64,000 nucleotides of DNA from Spirochaetia bacterium (GTDB lineage Bacteria > Spirochaetota > Spirochaetia > DSM-2461): the NCBI GenBank assembly GCA_963668315.1, contig OY764216.1, forward strand, positions 3,104,001 through 3,168,000, in the 5' to 3' direction. Positions 50,240 through 60,470 of the stretch are shown here, in pieces (the stretch's first letter is position 1; every line of letters starts with the position of its first letter). The notes beneath the pieces are model-generated. The model ran no database searches, had not been told where the DNA came from, and saw nothing but the letters and a program-made list of their open reading frames with translations. Made by a program: the position numbers and the translations under genes.

Positions 50240-51587
50240 GATAGTGTCCAGCCATGTTCGCAACTTTCCTTTCAAGAAGCCATCAAAATTCCCCATTAGG
50301 CAGCCTGACCTAATTTAATTCTTTGTTCATCAATCGATTTCTCACTGATATACCGTTTTCCCGAAGCCCAGTCTTCTGAGTATTCAATCAGGTAACAACA
50401 GACTAGTCTAAGGTAGGAGTCAATACTGGGAAAGATTCCCACAACACGAGATCGTCTACGGATTTCCCGATTCAATCGTTCCAGTTGATTGGTAGAAGCA
50501 GTTTTCCGGCTGTCTATTTCTGAGAATTCATAATACTGAAGAGAGTCTTCTAATCCGTCTTCAAGACAAGTCATGGACTTCGGAAATTGTTCTTCAAATT
50601 CCTCTATAATTCGGTATGCATATTCACGGGCCGATTGGGAGTTCGGTTGATTCCAAATCTGCTTAATTCTGCCGGCAACAGCTTCTTTATCCCTGGCAGG
50701 AAGATGGGACAGGATGTTCCTCATAAAATGGATTTTACAGCGTTGCCAGGAGCAACCGATGAGTTCCTTTCTTATGGCGGCTTGAAGTCCCAGATGGGCA
50801 TCAGAGACACAGAGCCAGGCATTTTTAAATCCTCTTGCTTTAAGAGACCTGAACAGTTCGGTATAAGTGCTTTCTGATTCTTCCTGCATTGGTTCAACAG
50901 CAAGGATTTCTTTGAATCCTTGTGAATTAACACCAGATACAACCATCACAGCCATATTTCTCACTCTTCCGTTATACCGGATCTTTTCATAGAGGGCATC
51001 AACCCAGATGACAGGATATTCTGAATCAAGAGATCGATAGCGGAATTCATCTACCTGTTCATCAAGTCCCTTATTGATTTCAGAGACCTGGCTGGCTGAA
51101 ATATTTTCAATGCCCAGACTCATAGCCAATTTCTCAATCTTTCTGGTTGAAACACCGTTGATAAATGCTTCCTGGACAACCTGAATCAGAGCTTGCTCGG
51201 ATCTCTTCTTTTCTGTTACAAAGAAGGGAATATATCCGCCTTTTCTGAGCTTGGGGACAAGGAGATACAGTGTTCCAAGACGAGTATCAAATCGGCGTGG
51301 TCGATATCCAGAAAAATGGGTGGATCTTCCCGTAGAATGAGACCCCTTTTGAGCTCCTACTTTATTCGCCGCTTCTATTTCCATAAGCTTTTCCAGTAGC
51401 CATTTCAATAAGCTGAAAATGGGATCCGGTTCCGAAATGAATTGGAGTAGCATTTTTTCCAGATTACCATTATCATTTTCCTTAGCCATCGTTTTCTTCC
51501 TCCATGGTTTTAGTTGTGCATTACCATTCTGGAGAATTCGATGGCTTCTTTCAATAATTAAAATTGCGAACTTGATTGTACGCTATC
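50240..51587 (-). mobile_element. IS256-family element a, copy 2 (1348 bp)
   Basis: Same IRs as copy 1; TSD ATAAATTT. Confidence 0.93.
50296..51489 (-). CDS. IS256-family transposase
   Basis: Protein identical to 46850-48043. Confidence 0.94.
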   Translation of the reverse strand: MAKENDNGNLEKMLLQFISEPDPIFSLLKWLLEKLMEIEAANKVGAQKGSHSTGRSTHFSGYRPRRFDTRLGTLYLLVPKLRKGGYIPFFVTEKKRSEQALIQVVQEAFINGVSTRKIEKLAMSLGIENISASQVSEINKGLDEQVDEFRYRSLDSEYPVIWVDALYEKIRYNGRVRNMAVMVVSGVNSQGFKEILAVEPMQEESESTYTELFRSLKARGFKNAWLCVSDAHLGLQAAIRKELIGCSWQRCKIHFMRNILSHLPARDKEAVAGRIKQIWNQPNSQSAREYAYRIIEEFEEQFPKSMTCLEDGLEDSLQYYEFSEIDSRKTASTNQLERLNREIRRRSRVVGIFPSIDSYLRLVCCYLIEYSEDWASGKRYISEKSIDEQRIKLGQAA

Positions 51588-52215
51588 ATAAATTTAATTT
51601 CTGGCTAGTATTAAGACATACTCTTTGGTTATATTTCTCTATTCTCATTGCTTTTATTTATTTATATTTAAAACAGGAGAATATATCCAGAGAATTCTTT
51701 TTCTTCTATCTAATCTTGAGTTCATTATATCCGTTATTTTGGATAGTCAGATATCTGCCTAAAAGTTTATCCTATAACTCGTCATTAAAACGATTTTATT
51801 ATAAAGATTCAGGATTGATTACAGAATTTGGGTATGACGATATTGAATATTGTGAAACAGATATAATTAAAGGATTCTCAAATAGACGATTGGCGAGATT
51901 CAGAAAAAAGGCATTAGGGCTTGCAATCGAGATTACTCTTGTTAATAAGAAAAAAATATCAGTTCCTAATACCATTTATGCAAAAGATGAAGTGTTAAAT
52001 CATCTCCTCACTGTTTGTGGATTATCTCCAAAACGAATTTAATAAATATATAATTTAAGAGAAAATAGTATTACATGAAATGAATCATGGTTTTAGTTAT
52101 TTTAAAAATAATTTCTCTAATGATTTTATAAGTTCTTTTTTACTATATTATTGAGATTGATATATTAAATTGTAAAATACGCTGTTTTCTAATAAAACGC
52201 TATATATTAAGAACT

Positions 52216-52324
52216 ACAGAACAAGCTTTTGAAACTGACAAATCTTTTTGTCATGCAAAATGCAATACGCATTTTACACGCCAAACCCATCGGGACAGAT
52301 TTGCAGCTTAAAAGGACGTTATAT
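52216..52324 (+). repeat. attC 9
   Basis: ACAGAAC...GTTATAT; near-identical to attC 6 and 7. Confidence 0.9.
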
Positions 52325-52387
52325 TTCAAAATGCAAAATAAAATGATCAATTATATGATATTATTATTACAGAGAGGTTAATAACTT

Positions 52388-53770
52388 ATGTATCCAGTCT
52401 ATAAAATTGATGATGATCAAGTTAGTAATATTCTAGAAATACAAGAAAATTTTTTGAATGATCTAAAAGCAAAAGAAATAAAGCCAGCAAAATTATCGGA
52501 AACTGTCTCAGCTTTTGCGAATGCTGGTGGAGGTGACTTATATATAGGGATTTCTGAAAATGGCAAAGGAAATCCCCGTTCATGGAATGGATTTAATATT
52601 GTTGAGGACGCTAATGATTTTTTTTCGACTTTGTTATCAGCACATTCATTTGGTAACCATTTGAAATTTGAATTCTTAGAAAATAACAATCAAAATGGCT
52701 ATGTTTTGCATATTACAGTTTCAAAAGTAAAAGAAATTGTAAAATCGACAAAAGGTGAAATCTTTTATCGAGTAAATGCTGGGAAAATGAAATTAACCAG
52801 TGAGGAACAAATAAAACGTTTAGAACTTGATAAAGGAATTTCTAGTTTTGAAGATGAATGGGTAAATGTAAAAATCGAAAAGATTGAAAATAGTCTATCT
52901 ATTATAAATTTTATTCTGAACATTATTCCGAACTCTGAACCAAAAACCTATTTAAATAACCAAGAATTAATAAATGAAACTCAGTGCAAAGTTTCTGGAG
53001 TATTATTGTTTTGTGACGAACCTGCAATATATCTACCAAAGAGATGTAGCATAAAAATAATGCGTTATAAAACAAAGGATGATGATATTGGTCGAGAGTT
53101 TCTTGATGGTATTCCAATTACAATTGAAGGAGATGCTTACAATATTGTATATAAAAGTGTGGCTAAAACAGTCGAAATAATTGAAGGCATTCAAAAATTG
53201 GGAAGTAAAGGATTAGAGAAGATAAAATATCCAAATGAAACACTACATGAAATAATTACAAATGCGATTCTTCATAGGGATTATAGCATTGTCGCGGATA
53301 CGCAGATCAGAATCTTTGATAATAGAATAGAAATTGAAAGCCCTGGAAAGCTCCCTGGTCATGTCACAGTTCAAAATATACTTGATACACAAAGTGCTCG
53401 AAATCCAACTCTTGTTAGATTAATTAATAAGTTTCCAAATCCTCCTAATCAAGATGTTGGAGAAGGTCTTAATACAGCTTTTTCAGCTATGGAAGCTTTA
53501 CGATTAAAACCCCCAATAATTGAAGAAAATGATAATTCTGTATTAGTTATTATCCCTCATGAGTCTTTAGCATCTCCTGAAGAATTGGTTCTTGAGTATT
53601 TAGCAACTAATAGTGAAATAACCAATAGAATTGCAAGAGATCTAACAGGTATAAAAAGTGAGAATACTATGAAAAATGTATTCCTTCGATTAAAAGAAAG
53701 AGAATTAATAGAACCCATACCCGGGCGTAGAGGGGCAGCATCAGCATGGCAAAGCGTTGATTCCCATTGA
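52388..53770 (+). CDS. Cassette 10: Schlafen/AlbA_2 + HATPase_c_4 (RecG C-terminal-like) + wHTH protein
   Basis: SAFANAGGGDLYIGI; EIITNAILHRDY; IEIESPG; RNP. Confidence 0.85.
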   Translation: MYPVYKIDDDQVSNILEIQENFLNDLKAKEIKPAKLSETVSAFANAGGGDLYIGISENGKGNPRSWNGFNIVEDANDFFSTLLSAHSFGNHLKFEFLENNNQNGYVLHITVSKVKEIVKSTKGEIFYRVNAGKMKLTSEEQIKRLELDKGISSFEDEWVNVKIEKIENSLSIINFILNIIPNSEPKTYLNNQELINETQCKVSGVLLFCDEPAIYLPKRCSIKIMRYKTKDDDIGREFLDGIPITIEGDAYNIVYKSVAKTVEIIEGIQKLGSKGLEKIKYPNETLHEIITNAILHRDYSIVADTQIRIFDNRIEIESPGKLPGHVTVQNILDTQSARNPTLVRLINKFPNPPNQDVGEGLNTAFSAMEALRLKPPIIEENDNSVLVIIPHESLASPEELVLEYLATNSEITNRIARDLTGIKSENTMKNVFLRLKERELIEPIPGRRGAASAWQSVDSH

Positions 53771-53771
53771 A

Positions 53772-53869
53772 ATATAACAAAGTCTTGAAGCGGAATTAGC
53801 CACTTGTCACAGAAACTGCTTACGCATTTTCTGCGCCAATTGTCTAATCAGCTTAAGACGACGTTATAT
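53772..53869 (+). repeat. attC 10
   Basis: ATATAAC...GTTATAT. Confidence 0.9.
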
Positions 53870-53926
53870 TTCGTACGGATCGATAATTGAATTGACAAAA
53901 TGTACAAATAGGTTACACTTAATCGT

Positions 53927-55093
53927 ATGATTAAAAGACAACTTGAAAATGAATTAATCGCTCTCAAGGACGAATTTCCTATAATTGCCATATTGGGTCC
54001 TAGACAATCAGGTAAAACAACATTATCAAAATCAGTATTTCCCAATTATGAATATGTAACTTTAGAAGATTTAGATCATCGAGAATTTGCAAACAATGAT
54101 CCCCGTGGATTTTTGGAAAGGTATAAATCAGAAGTCATATTCGATGAAATACAAAGAGTTCCATCCTTAATGTCCTACTTACAAACCCATGTAGATAAAA
54201 TGAATGAAAATGGAAAAATTGTAATAACAGGATCCCATAACTTTCTCTTAATGGAACAAATCAGTCAATCTCTTGCAGGAAGAGTCGGGATAACCAAATT
54301 GCTTCCCTTTTCCTATAAAGAAATATCAAGCCTGGAAAGCGATATAAATGATTTAATTTATAAAGGATTCTATCCCCGAATTTATGATCAAAACATAAGA
54401 CCAGAGGTCTTCTACAAAAACTATATATCAACCTACATCGAAAAAGATATACGGCAAATAAAATTGATTACGAAAATCGATGATTTTTTGAAATTCATAA
54501 AAATATTAGCAGGCAGAACAGGACAAGAATTAAATACAAATGCAATAAGTGAAGAATGCGGTGTATCCCACAATACAATTAAGGATTGGATATCTGTACT
54601 AGAAGCAAGTTTTATTGTCTACCGCCTGAAACCATTTCATAAAAATTATAATAAACGAATAGTGAAGAACCCAAAGATTTATTTTACAGATACAGGATTA
54701 GTCTGTAGCCTTTTGGGCATAAGAAAAAAAGAAGAAATAGATTACCATTTCCTAAAAGGCAGTTTATTTGAAACTTATATAATCAATGAATTTGTAAAAT
54801 ATAATTATAATATTGGCGAGCGAAATGAAATGTATTTCTGGAGAGATAATCATCAAAAAGAAATAGATTTAATATTAGATTTTGGCCTTTATCAAAAAGC
54901 ATTTGAGATAAAATCCAGTAAAACCATAAATGAAAAATATTTTGATACGCTAAAATATTGGAAAGAATTATCAAAAACAGAATCAAAAAATATGTTCTTA
55001 ATTTATGGTGGAAAAGAAAATTATATAAGAAATGAAATGAATATGGTATCATGGAATAAGATCTACGACGGAGTATTGAAAAGCGAAATATAA
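53927..55093 (+). CDS. Cassette 11: AAA_14 ATPase + DUF4143
   Basis: GPRQSGKTT, FDEIQ, TGS, SLAGR, PKIYFTDTG, EIDL...EIK. Confidence 0.9.
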   Translation: MIKRQLENELIALKDEFPIIAILGPRQSGKTTLSKSVFPNYEYVTLEDLDHREFANNDPRGFLERYKSEVIFDEIQRVPSLMSYLQTHVDKMNENGKIVITGSHNFLLMEQISQSLAGRVGITKLLPFSYKEISSLESDINDLIYKGFYPRIYDQNIRPEVFYKNYISTYIEKDIRQIKLITKIDDFLKFIKILAGRTGQELNTNAISEECGVSHNTIKDWISVLEASFIVYRLKPFHKNYNKRIVKNPKIYFTDTGLVCSLLGIRKKEEIDYHFLKGSLFETYIINEFVKYNYNIGERNEMYFWRDNHQKEIDLILDFGLYQKAFEIKSSKTINEKYFDTLKYWKELSKTESKNMFLIYGGKENYIRNEMNMVSWNKIYDGVLKSEI

Positions 55094-55198
55094 CAAAGTT
55101 TTGAACCTGACAAGCCTACTGTCATGAAATCTGCATTTCTGCTTCGCAGGCAGATTTCCCGCCAGCTTAACGGCTTGCAGGTTAAAACGGCGTTCCAC
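55088..55198 (+). repeat. attC 11
   Basis: ATATAAC...GGC GTTCCAC. Confidence 0.88.
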
Positions 55199-55206
55199 AG
55201 AATGAA

Positions 55207-56517
55207 GGTATGAGCCGTATACATCGTGAACAAATATCAGAGTAAATAAATTACAATTTTGGGTATGAATGTTTTATATTAGGAGAACAGACATGCCATT
55301 AATGGAGAGAACGGTTATGGATCAGAAGAAGGAATTTATTCTGCTCTGGAGTTCCAAGCGTTATACGTTCACCGGCCTGTGTCAGGACTTCAAGATCAGT
55401 CGAACAACTGGCTATAAGTATGTAAAAAGGTTTCAGACATCAGGAATGGAGGGACTGGAGCCTCAATCTCGCGCTCCCCACCATTCCCCGAACAAAGTAC
55501 CAGAAGAGATTGTTAAAAGGATTATTGAGATCAGGAAGGAGCATTCCTCGTGGGGAGCGAAGAAGATTCGCTGGCGTTTGGACCAAGATGGAATCTATAA
55601 TCGGATTCCCGCTCAATCAACCATTTCCATTATCCTTAAGCGGAATAATCTTATTCCGGAGAGAAAGCGTCATGTACGTGTAGAGAGGCGCTATCCTAAG
55701 TTTATAGCCAATGATTGTAATGAAATCTGGAGTGCTGATTATAAGGGAGAATTCAAAACCAAGGATAATAAATATTGCTACCCTTTGACTATCTGCGATA
55801 CCTTCAGTCGCTTCATCATTAAGATAAAAGGCCTCTCCCGGCCCAATTATGAGCAGTCTCAGCCAGTTTTTGAAACTGTCTTTAAAGAATATGGACTCCC
55901 TGAACAGTTGCATACCGACAATGGTTCCCCCTTTGCCAACGTCCGTGCCCTGGGGCGTTATACGCAATTCTCAGTCTGGCTGATGGAATTAGGAATCCTT
56001 CCCGTGTTCAGTGATCCTGCTTCCCCGCAGCAAAATGGAAAACATGAAAGGATGCACCGGATATTGAAAGCAGAAGCCTGTAAAGAGCCCGGAATCAGTC
56101 TTCGAAGTCAGCAGATAAAGTTTAACAAGTTTGCCAGGGAATACAATACAGAGCGTCCTCATGAGTCTCTGGGGATGGTAACGCCTTCTTCAGTTTATGC
56201 GAAGTCCAAACGTCCTTATCCTAAGAAAATAGAGCCTTGGGTCTATCCCGCAGAATATAAGGTTAGGAATATTTGCAAGAATGGAATCATTAGGGTAGGT
56301 AAGGATGACAGCATTTTTGTGGGAACAGCTTTCAAGGAAAAACAGCTTGGTTTTGAAGATATTGGAGAAGGAATATACAGGGTCTGGTTTAGGGAATTTC
56401 TGCTTGGTTATTTAAATGAACATGAGCTTAAAATCTATGATATACTTGAGTATGATTACATCAAAAGGGTGTAAGAGAAGTAGGTGGATATTTGAACACT
56501 ATGTGATGTCCAATACA
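55207..56517 (+). mobile_element. IS481-family type B copy 2 (1311 bp)
   Basis: Same ends as B1; flanks GAA / AGA do not match. Confidence 0.92.
55269..56474 (+). CDS. IS481-family transposase
   Basis: Near-identical to 43942-45147. Confidence 0.92.
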   Translation: MFYIRRTDMPLMERTVMDQKKEFILLWSSKRYTFTGLCQDFKISRTTGYKYVKRFQTSGMEGLEPQSRAPHHSPNKVPEEIVKRIIEIRKEHSSWGAKKIRWRLDQDGIYNRIPAQSTISIILKRNNLIPERKRHVRVERRYPKFIANDCNEIWSADYKGEFKTKDNKYCYPLTICDTFSRFIIKIKGLSRPNYEQSQPVFETVFKEYGLPEQLHTDNGSPFANVRALGRYTQFSVWLMELGILPVFSDPASPQQNGKHERMHRILKAEACKEPGISLRSQQIKFNKFAREYNTERPHESLGMVTPSSVYAKSKRPYPKKIEPWVYPAEYKVRNICKNGIIRVGKDDSIFVGTAFKEKQLGFEDIGEGIYRVWFREFLLGYLNEHELKIYDILEYDYIKRV

Positions 56518-56571
56518 AGAGAATAATTTAAGAATATAATATCGGATAGGAAGAAATAAGGAGTATCCGAT

Positions 56572-56920
56572 ATGAATGAGAAGATACTAAAAAGCATCAT
56601 CGGAAAGAAAAAAGAACTCGATAAATATCGTCCCTTAAATCTATCAATCTCAAGAAAATTAAAAGAAGAACTAGAACTCGAATGGACATATAATTCCAAT
56701 GCCATTGAAGGAAATACTTTAACTCTCCAGGAAACACAAATTGTACTGAATTACGGAATGACAATAGGTGGAAAATCAGTTAATGAGCATCTTGAAGCTA
56801 TTAATCATAAAAAAGGAATAGAATTAATAGAAGAAATAATTCAAAAGAAAAAAGATCTAGATGAATCATTAATCAAAGAGCTTCACTATCTAATATTAAA
56901 AGGAATTGATGATAGAGAAG
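56572..56920 (+). pseudogene. Fic-family protein, N-terminal fragment truncated by IS256
   Basis: EWTYNSNAIEGNTLTL.ET, EHLEAINH, IKELH; ends at the IS IR before the catalytic HPFxDGNGR motif. Confidence 0.87.
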
Positions 56921-58220
56921 GATAGTGTACAATAGTGTCTGTAAATTAGAAATAAAGGGGGCTTGAAAAAGTTAGCCAATCAGTCTTCGATTAGTTCGAC
57001 GAAAAACAAAAGAAGGCATCATGACTAACGAGGATTACTATAGCGTTTTCGATCAAATGATTGAAGACCTCCAGGCAGAGAATAGAGAAGGATTAACAAA
57101 AGTCATAAGTTCAATAATGAATTTATCTATGCGGTTAGAGCAGGAGAAGGCAATTCAAGCCAGTCATTATGAACGGAACGATGATCGTATTGGGCATAGG
57201 AATGGGTACAAGAGCAGAAAGATCCGGACTCGAGTCGGCGAAATTCCCATCGAGATCCCACAGGTCCGTGGGATGGAATTCTATCCTGGCAGCATTGAAA
57301 AGGGGTGCCGCAGCGAAAGAGCCCTGAAAATGGCCATAGCTCAGATGTACATCCAAGGCGTATCAACTCGCAGAGTGACCAAAATAGTAGAACAGCTCTG
57401 CGGCTTCGAAGTTTCCCAATCGCAGGTTTCAGAAGCGGCAGCTCTCCTTGATGAAGAGATCACCAAATGGCGTAATCGTCCTCTGGGAGCTTTTCCTTAT
57501 CTTGTCGTTGACGCCACTTATGAGAAGGCTCGAGTGAATAGAACTGTTGTTTCTGCAGCCGTTCTAATTGCCTATGGTGTTGATAATAATGGGATGAGAC
57601 GAGTATTGGGTATTTCTACAGAACTCAGTGAGGCCGATGTACACTGGAGAGGTTTTCTTTCCGGTCTGGTAGATCGGGGGCTCCATGGCGTGAAGATGAT
57701 AACTTCCGATGCTCATAGCGGCCTGAGATCAGCAATAGAATCGGTTTTTCCAACAGTTCCCTGGCAGCGGTGCCAGTTCCATCTGCAACAGAATGCGGGA
57801 CATCATGTGCCAAAGAAAAGTATGGATAAAGAGGTCGCGGAGGATATAAGAACCATTTTTAACGCTCCCAATGGAGAGGAGGCTAACCGTTTTCTTTCTA
57901 TGGCGGTGAAGAAGTATGAGAAAACTGCGCCAGAACTAAGCAGTTGGATGGATCAGAATGTTCCTGAAGCGCTCACGATCTTTAAAATGCCAAAGTCACA
58001 TTGGAGAAGGTTAAGGACTTCAAATCTGGCAGAACGTCAGATGAGGGAAATTAAAAGAAGAACGAAGGTGGCTATGATATTTCCAAATAAGGAATCTGTC
58101 GATAGATTGGTTTCCGCTCTGTTAATGGAAATAGATGAACAATGGTTCACAGGTAAGCGGTATTTAAATATGGAGACTGATTAACTTTTTTGATTTTACA
58201 GACAAAGGGGTTGCTCTATC
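56921..58220 (+). mobile_element. IS256-family element b (1300 bp), no matching TSD
   Basis: IRs GATAGTGTAC...TGTCTGTAAA / TTTACAGACA...CTCTATC. Confidence 0.88.
57021..58184 (+). CDS. IS256-family transposase (distinct from element a)
   Basis: RNGY, GVSTRRV, VDA, SDAHSGL, WQRCQFH, TSNLAER. Confidence 0.94.
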   Translation: MTNEDYYSVFDQMIEDLQAENREGLTKVISSIMNLSMRLEQEKAIQASHYERNDDRIGHRNGYKSRKIRTRVGEIPIEIPQVRGMEFYPGSIEKGCRSERALKMAIAQMYIQGVSTRRVTKIVEQLCGFEVSQSQVSEAAALLDEEITKWRNRPLGAFPYLVVDATYEKARVNRTVVSAAVLIAYGVDNNGMRRVLGISTELSEADVHWRGFLSGLVDRGLHGVKMITSDAHSGLRSAIESVFPTVPWQRCQFHLQQNAGHHVPKKSMDKEVAEDIRTIFNAPNGEEANRFLSMAVKKYEKTAPELSSWMDQNVPEALTIFKMPKSHWRRLRTSNLAERQMREIKRRTKVAMIFPNKESVDRLVSALLMEIDEQWFTGKRYLNMETD

Positions 58221-58396
58221 ATCTAAGATAACTTACAAGGATAAAATTGATGAATGGCTTTATCCCGAAACCTATATGGTAAAGTATATTTGTGGTAACG
58301 GAATCATCCGGGTAGGTAAGGATGGAGCTATCTTTGTCGGATCGGCTTTGAAAGGGAAAAAAGTTGGATTGGAACCGCTGGGGAATGAAATTTACA

Positions 58397-59707
58397 TGTA
58401 TTGGACATCACATAGTGTTCAAATATCCACCTACTTCTCTTACACCCTTTTGATGTAATCATACTCAAGTATATCATAGATTTTAAGCTCATGTTCATTT
58501 AAATAACCAAGCAGAAATTCCCTAAACCAGACCCTGTATATTCCTTCTCCAATATCTTCAAAACCAAGCTGTTTTTCCTTGAAAGCTGTTCCCACAAAAA
58601 TGCTGTCATCCTTACCTACCCTAATGATTCCATTCTTGCAAATATTCCTAACCTTATATTCTGCGGGATAGACCCAAGGCTCTATTTTCTTAGGATAAGG
58701 ACGTTTGGACTTCGCATAAACTGAAGAAGGCGTTACCATCCCCAGAGACTCATGAGGACGCTCTGTATTGTATTCCCTGGCAAACTTGTTAAACTTTATC
58801 TGCTGACTTCGAAGACTGATTCCGGGCTCTTTACAGGCTTCTGCTTTCAATATCCGGTGCATCCTTTCATGTTTTCCATTTTGCTGCGGGGAAGCAGGAT
58901 CACTGAACACGGGAAGGATTCCTAATTCCATCAGCCAGACTGAGAATTGCGTATAACGCCCCAGGGCACGGACGTTGGCAAAGGGGGAACCATTGTCGGT
59001 ATGCAACTGTTCAGGGAGTCCATATTCTTTAAAGACAGTTTCAAAAACTGGCTGAGACTGCTCATAATTGGGCCGGGAGAGGCCTTTTATCTTAATGATG
59101 AAGCGACTGAAGGTATCGCAGATAGTCAAAGGGTAGCAATATTTATTATCCTTGGTTTTGAATTCTCCCTTATAATCAGCACTCCAGATTTCATTACAAT
59201 CATTGGCTATAAACTTAGGATAGCGCCTCTCTACACGTACATGACGCTTTCTCTCCGGAATAAGATTATTCCGCTTAAGGATAATGGAAATGGTTGATTG
59301 AGCGGGAATCCGATTATAGATTCCATCTTGGTCCAAACGCCAGCGAATCTTCTTCGCTCCCCACGAGGAATGCTCCTTCCTGATCTCAATAATCCTTTTA
59401 ACAATCTCTTCTGGTACTTTGTTCGGGGAATGGTGGGGAGCGCGAGATTGAGGCTCCAGTCCCTCCATTCCTGATGTCTGAAACCTTTTTACATACTTAT
59501 AGCCAGTTGTTCGACTGATCTTGAAGTCCTGACACAGGCCGGTGAACGTATAACGCTTGGAACTCCAGAGCAGAATAAATTCCTTCTTCTGATCCATAAC
59601 CGTTCTCTCCATTAATGGCATGTCTGTTCTCCTAATATAAAACATTCATACCCAAAATTGTAATTTATTTACTCTGATATTTGTTCACGATGTATACGGC
59701 TCATACC
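58397..59707 (-). mobile_element. IS481-family type B copy 3 (1311 bp)
   Basis: Inverted copy of B2; TSD ACA. Confidence 0.93.
58440..59645 (-). CDS. IS481-family transposase
   Basis: Protein identical to 55269-56474. Confidence 0.92.
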   Translation of the reverse strand: MFYIRRTDMPLMERTVMDQKKEFILLWSSKRYTFTGLCQDFKISRTTGYKYVKRFQTSGMEGLEPQSRAPHHSPNKVPEEIVKRIIEIRKEHSSWGAKKIRWRLDQDGIYNRIPAQSTISIILKRNNLIPERKRHVRVERRYPKFIANDCNEIWSADYKGEFKTKDNKYCYPLTICDTFSRFIIKIKGLSRPNYEQSQPVFETVFKEYGLPEQLHTDNGSPFANVRALGRYTQFSVWLMELGILPVFSDPASPQQNGKHERMHRILKAEACKEPGISLRSQQIKFNKFAREYNTERPHESLGMVTPSSVYAKSKRPYPKKIEPWVYPAEYKVRNICKNGIIRVGKDDSIFVGTAFKEKQLGFEDIGEGIYRVWFREFLLGYLNEHELKIYDILEYDYIKRV

Positions 59708-59932
59708 ACAGACTCTATTACCGTGATTTTCTTTTGGGATATATAGATTGGAATAATTATAAGGCGTATGATATTAATGACAGAAGCTATGGATCAGAAC
59801 TGTATACCAAGTCCTAATCTATCTGTAGGGGAAGTCTCGTTTACACATCGGGTCGAAGAGATGAATGTAAAAAAATGTAAACAAATAAGAGAATGATATT
59901 GCATAATCCTATTAATTCATTCGGAGGGAATC

Positions 59933-60424
59933 ATGGATAATTTTCAAGAAGGTTACTTGTTATTAGATGCAAAATTTGGTGGTGGTAAAGATAATATTAT
60001 ATCAGTCGCTACAATTGCGGTACAGCCGAGTGAAAATGGTGCTATTCTTCCATCCGTTAGGGCTCTGGATGCTCTCTATGATAATGGTTGTTTCTATATA
60101 TCTACTAATGCAAAATCAAATAAAATGAAGCAAATAGAAAATAATCCAGAAGTATCTATATGTTCCGCATCAGAAATGTTTACAGCTAGTGGAATAGGTA
60201 AAAATCTTGGTTGGGTTTTAGATCCAAAAAATTCAGAAATTAGAGGTAAGCTAAGAAGTGCATTTGCTGCATGGTATGATTTAGCGAATAATGAGAATGA
60301 TAAAAATTGTTGTATTTTAGAAATTAAACTAGTAAAAGGGATTCTAAATATTAATCATTGGGAAAAGTTATATCATATGGATTTTATTAATAAACTTGAG
60401 ATGATAGATGGTGGAATAAATTAG
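59933..60424 (+). CDS. Last cassette: pyridoxamine 5'-phosphate oxidase-like (split-barrel FMN-binding) protein
   Basis: SVATI...PSVR...FYIST...SNKMKQIENNPEVSI. Confidence 0.82.
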   Translation: MDNFQEGYLLLDAKFGGGKDNIISVATIAVQPSENGAILPSVRALDALYDNGCFYISTNAKSNKMKQIENNPEVSICSASEMFTASGIGKNLGWVLDPKNSEIRGKLRSAFAAWYDLANNENDKNCCILEIKLVKGILNINHWEKLYHMDFINKLEMIDGGIN

Positions 60425-60470
60425 GATAAGAATTTTTTATAACATAGTAATGAAAGAGTAAGAAAAAAGC

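Larger units (their letters stand above)
50027..52042 (+). pseudogene. Cassette 9: about 219-aa two-TM membrane protein interrupted by IS256
   Basis: Removing the IS and one TSD joins ...QLYKF|NFWLVLRH... in frame. Confidence 0.82.
58221..59847 (+). mobile_element. 3' remnant of IS481 type A (copy 2), itself interrupted by type B copy 3
   Basis: 58221-58396 and 59708-59847 match the 3' end of A1, including the right IR ...TTTACACA. Confidence 0.88.

Noticed and set aside
51419..51587. N-terminus of the 207-aa ORF in the track
   Set aside because: Antisense IS256 sequence fused by chance to the 3' half of the interrupted gene
55207..59707. Composite transposon that arrived as a B2-B3 unit
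   Set aside because: B3 has its own TSD inside IS481-A2, so it inserted independently
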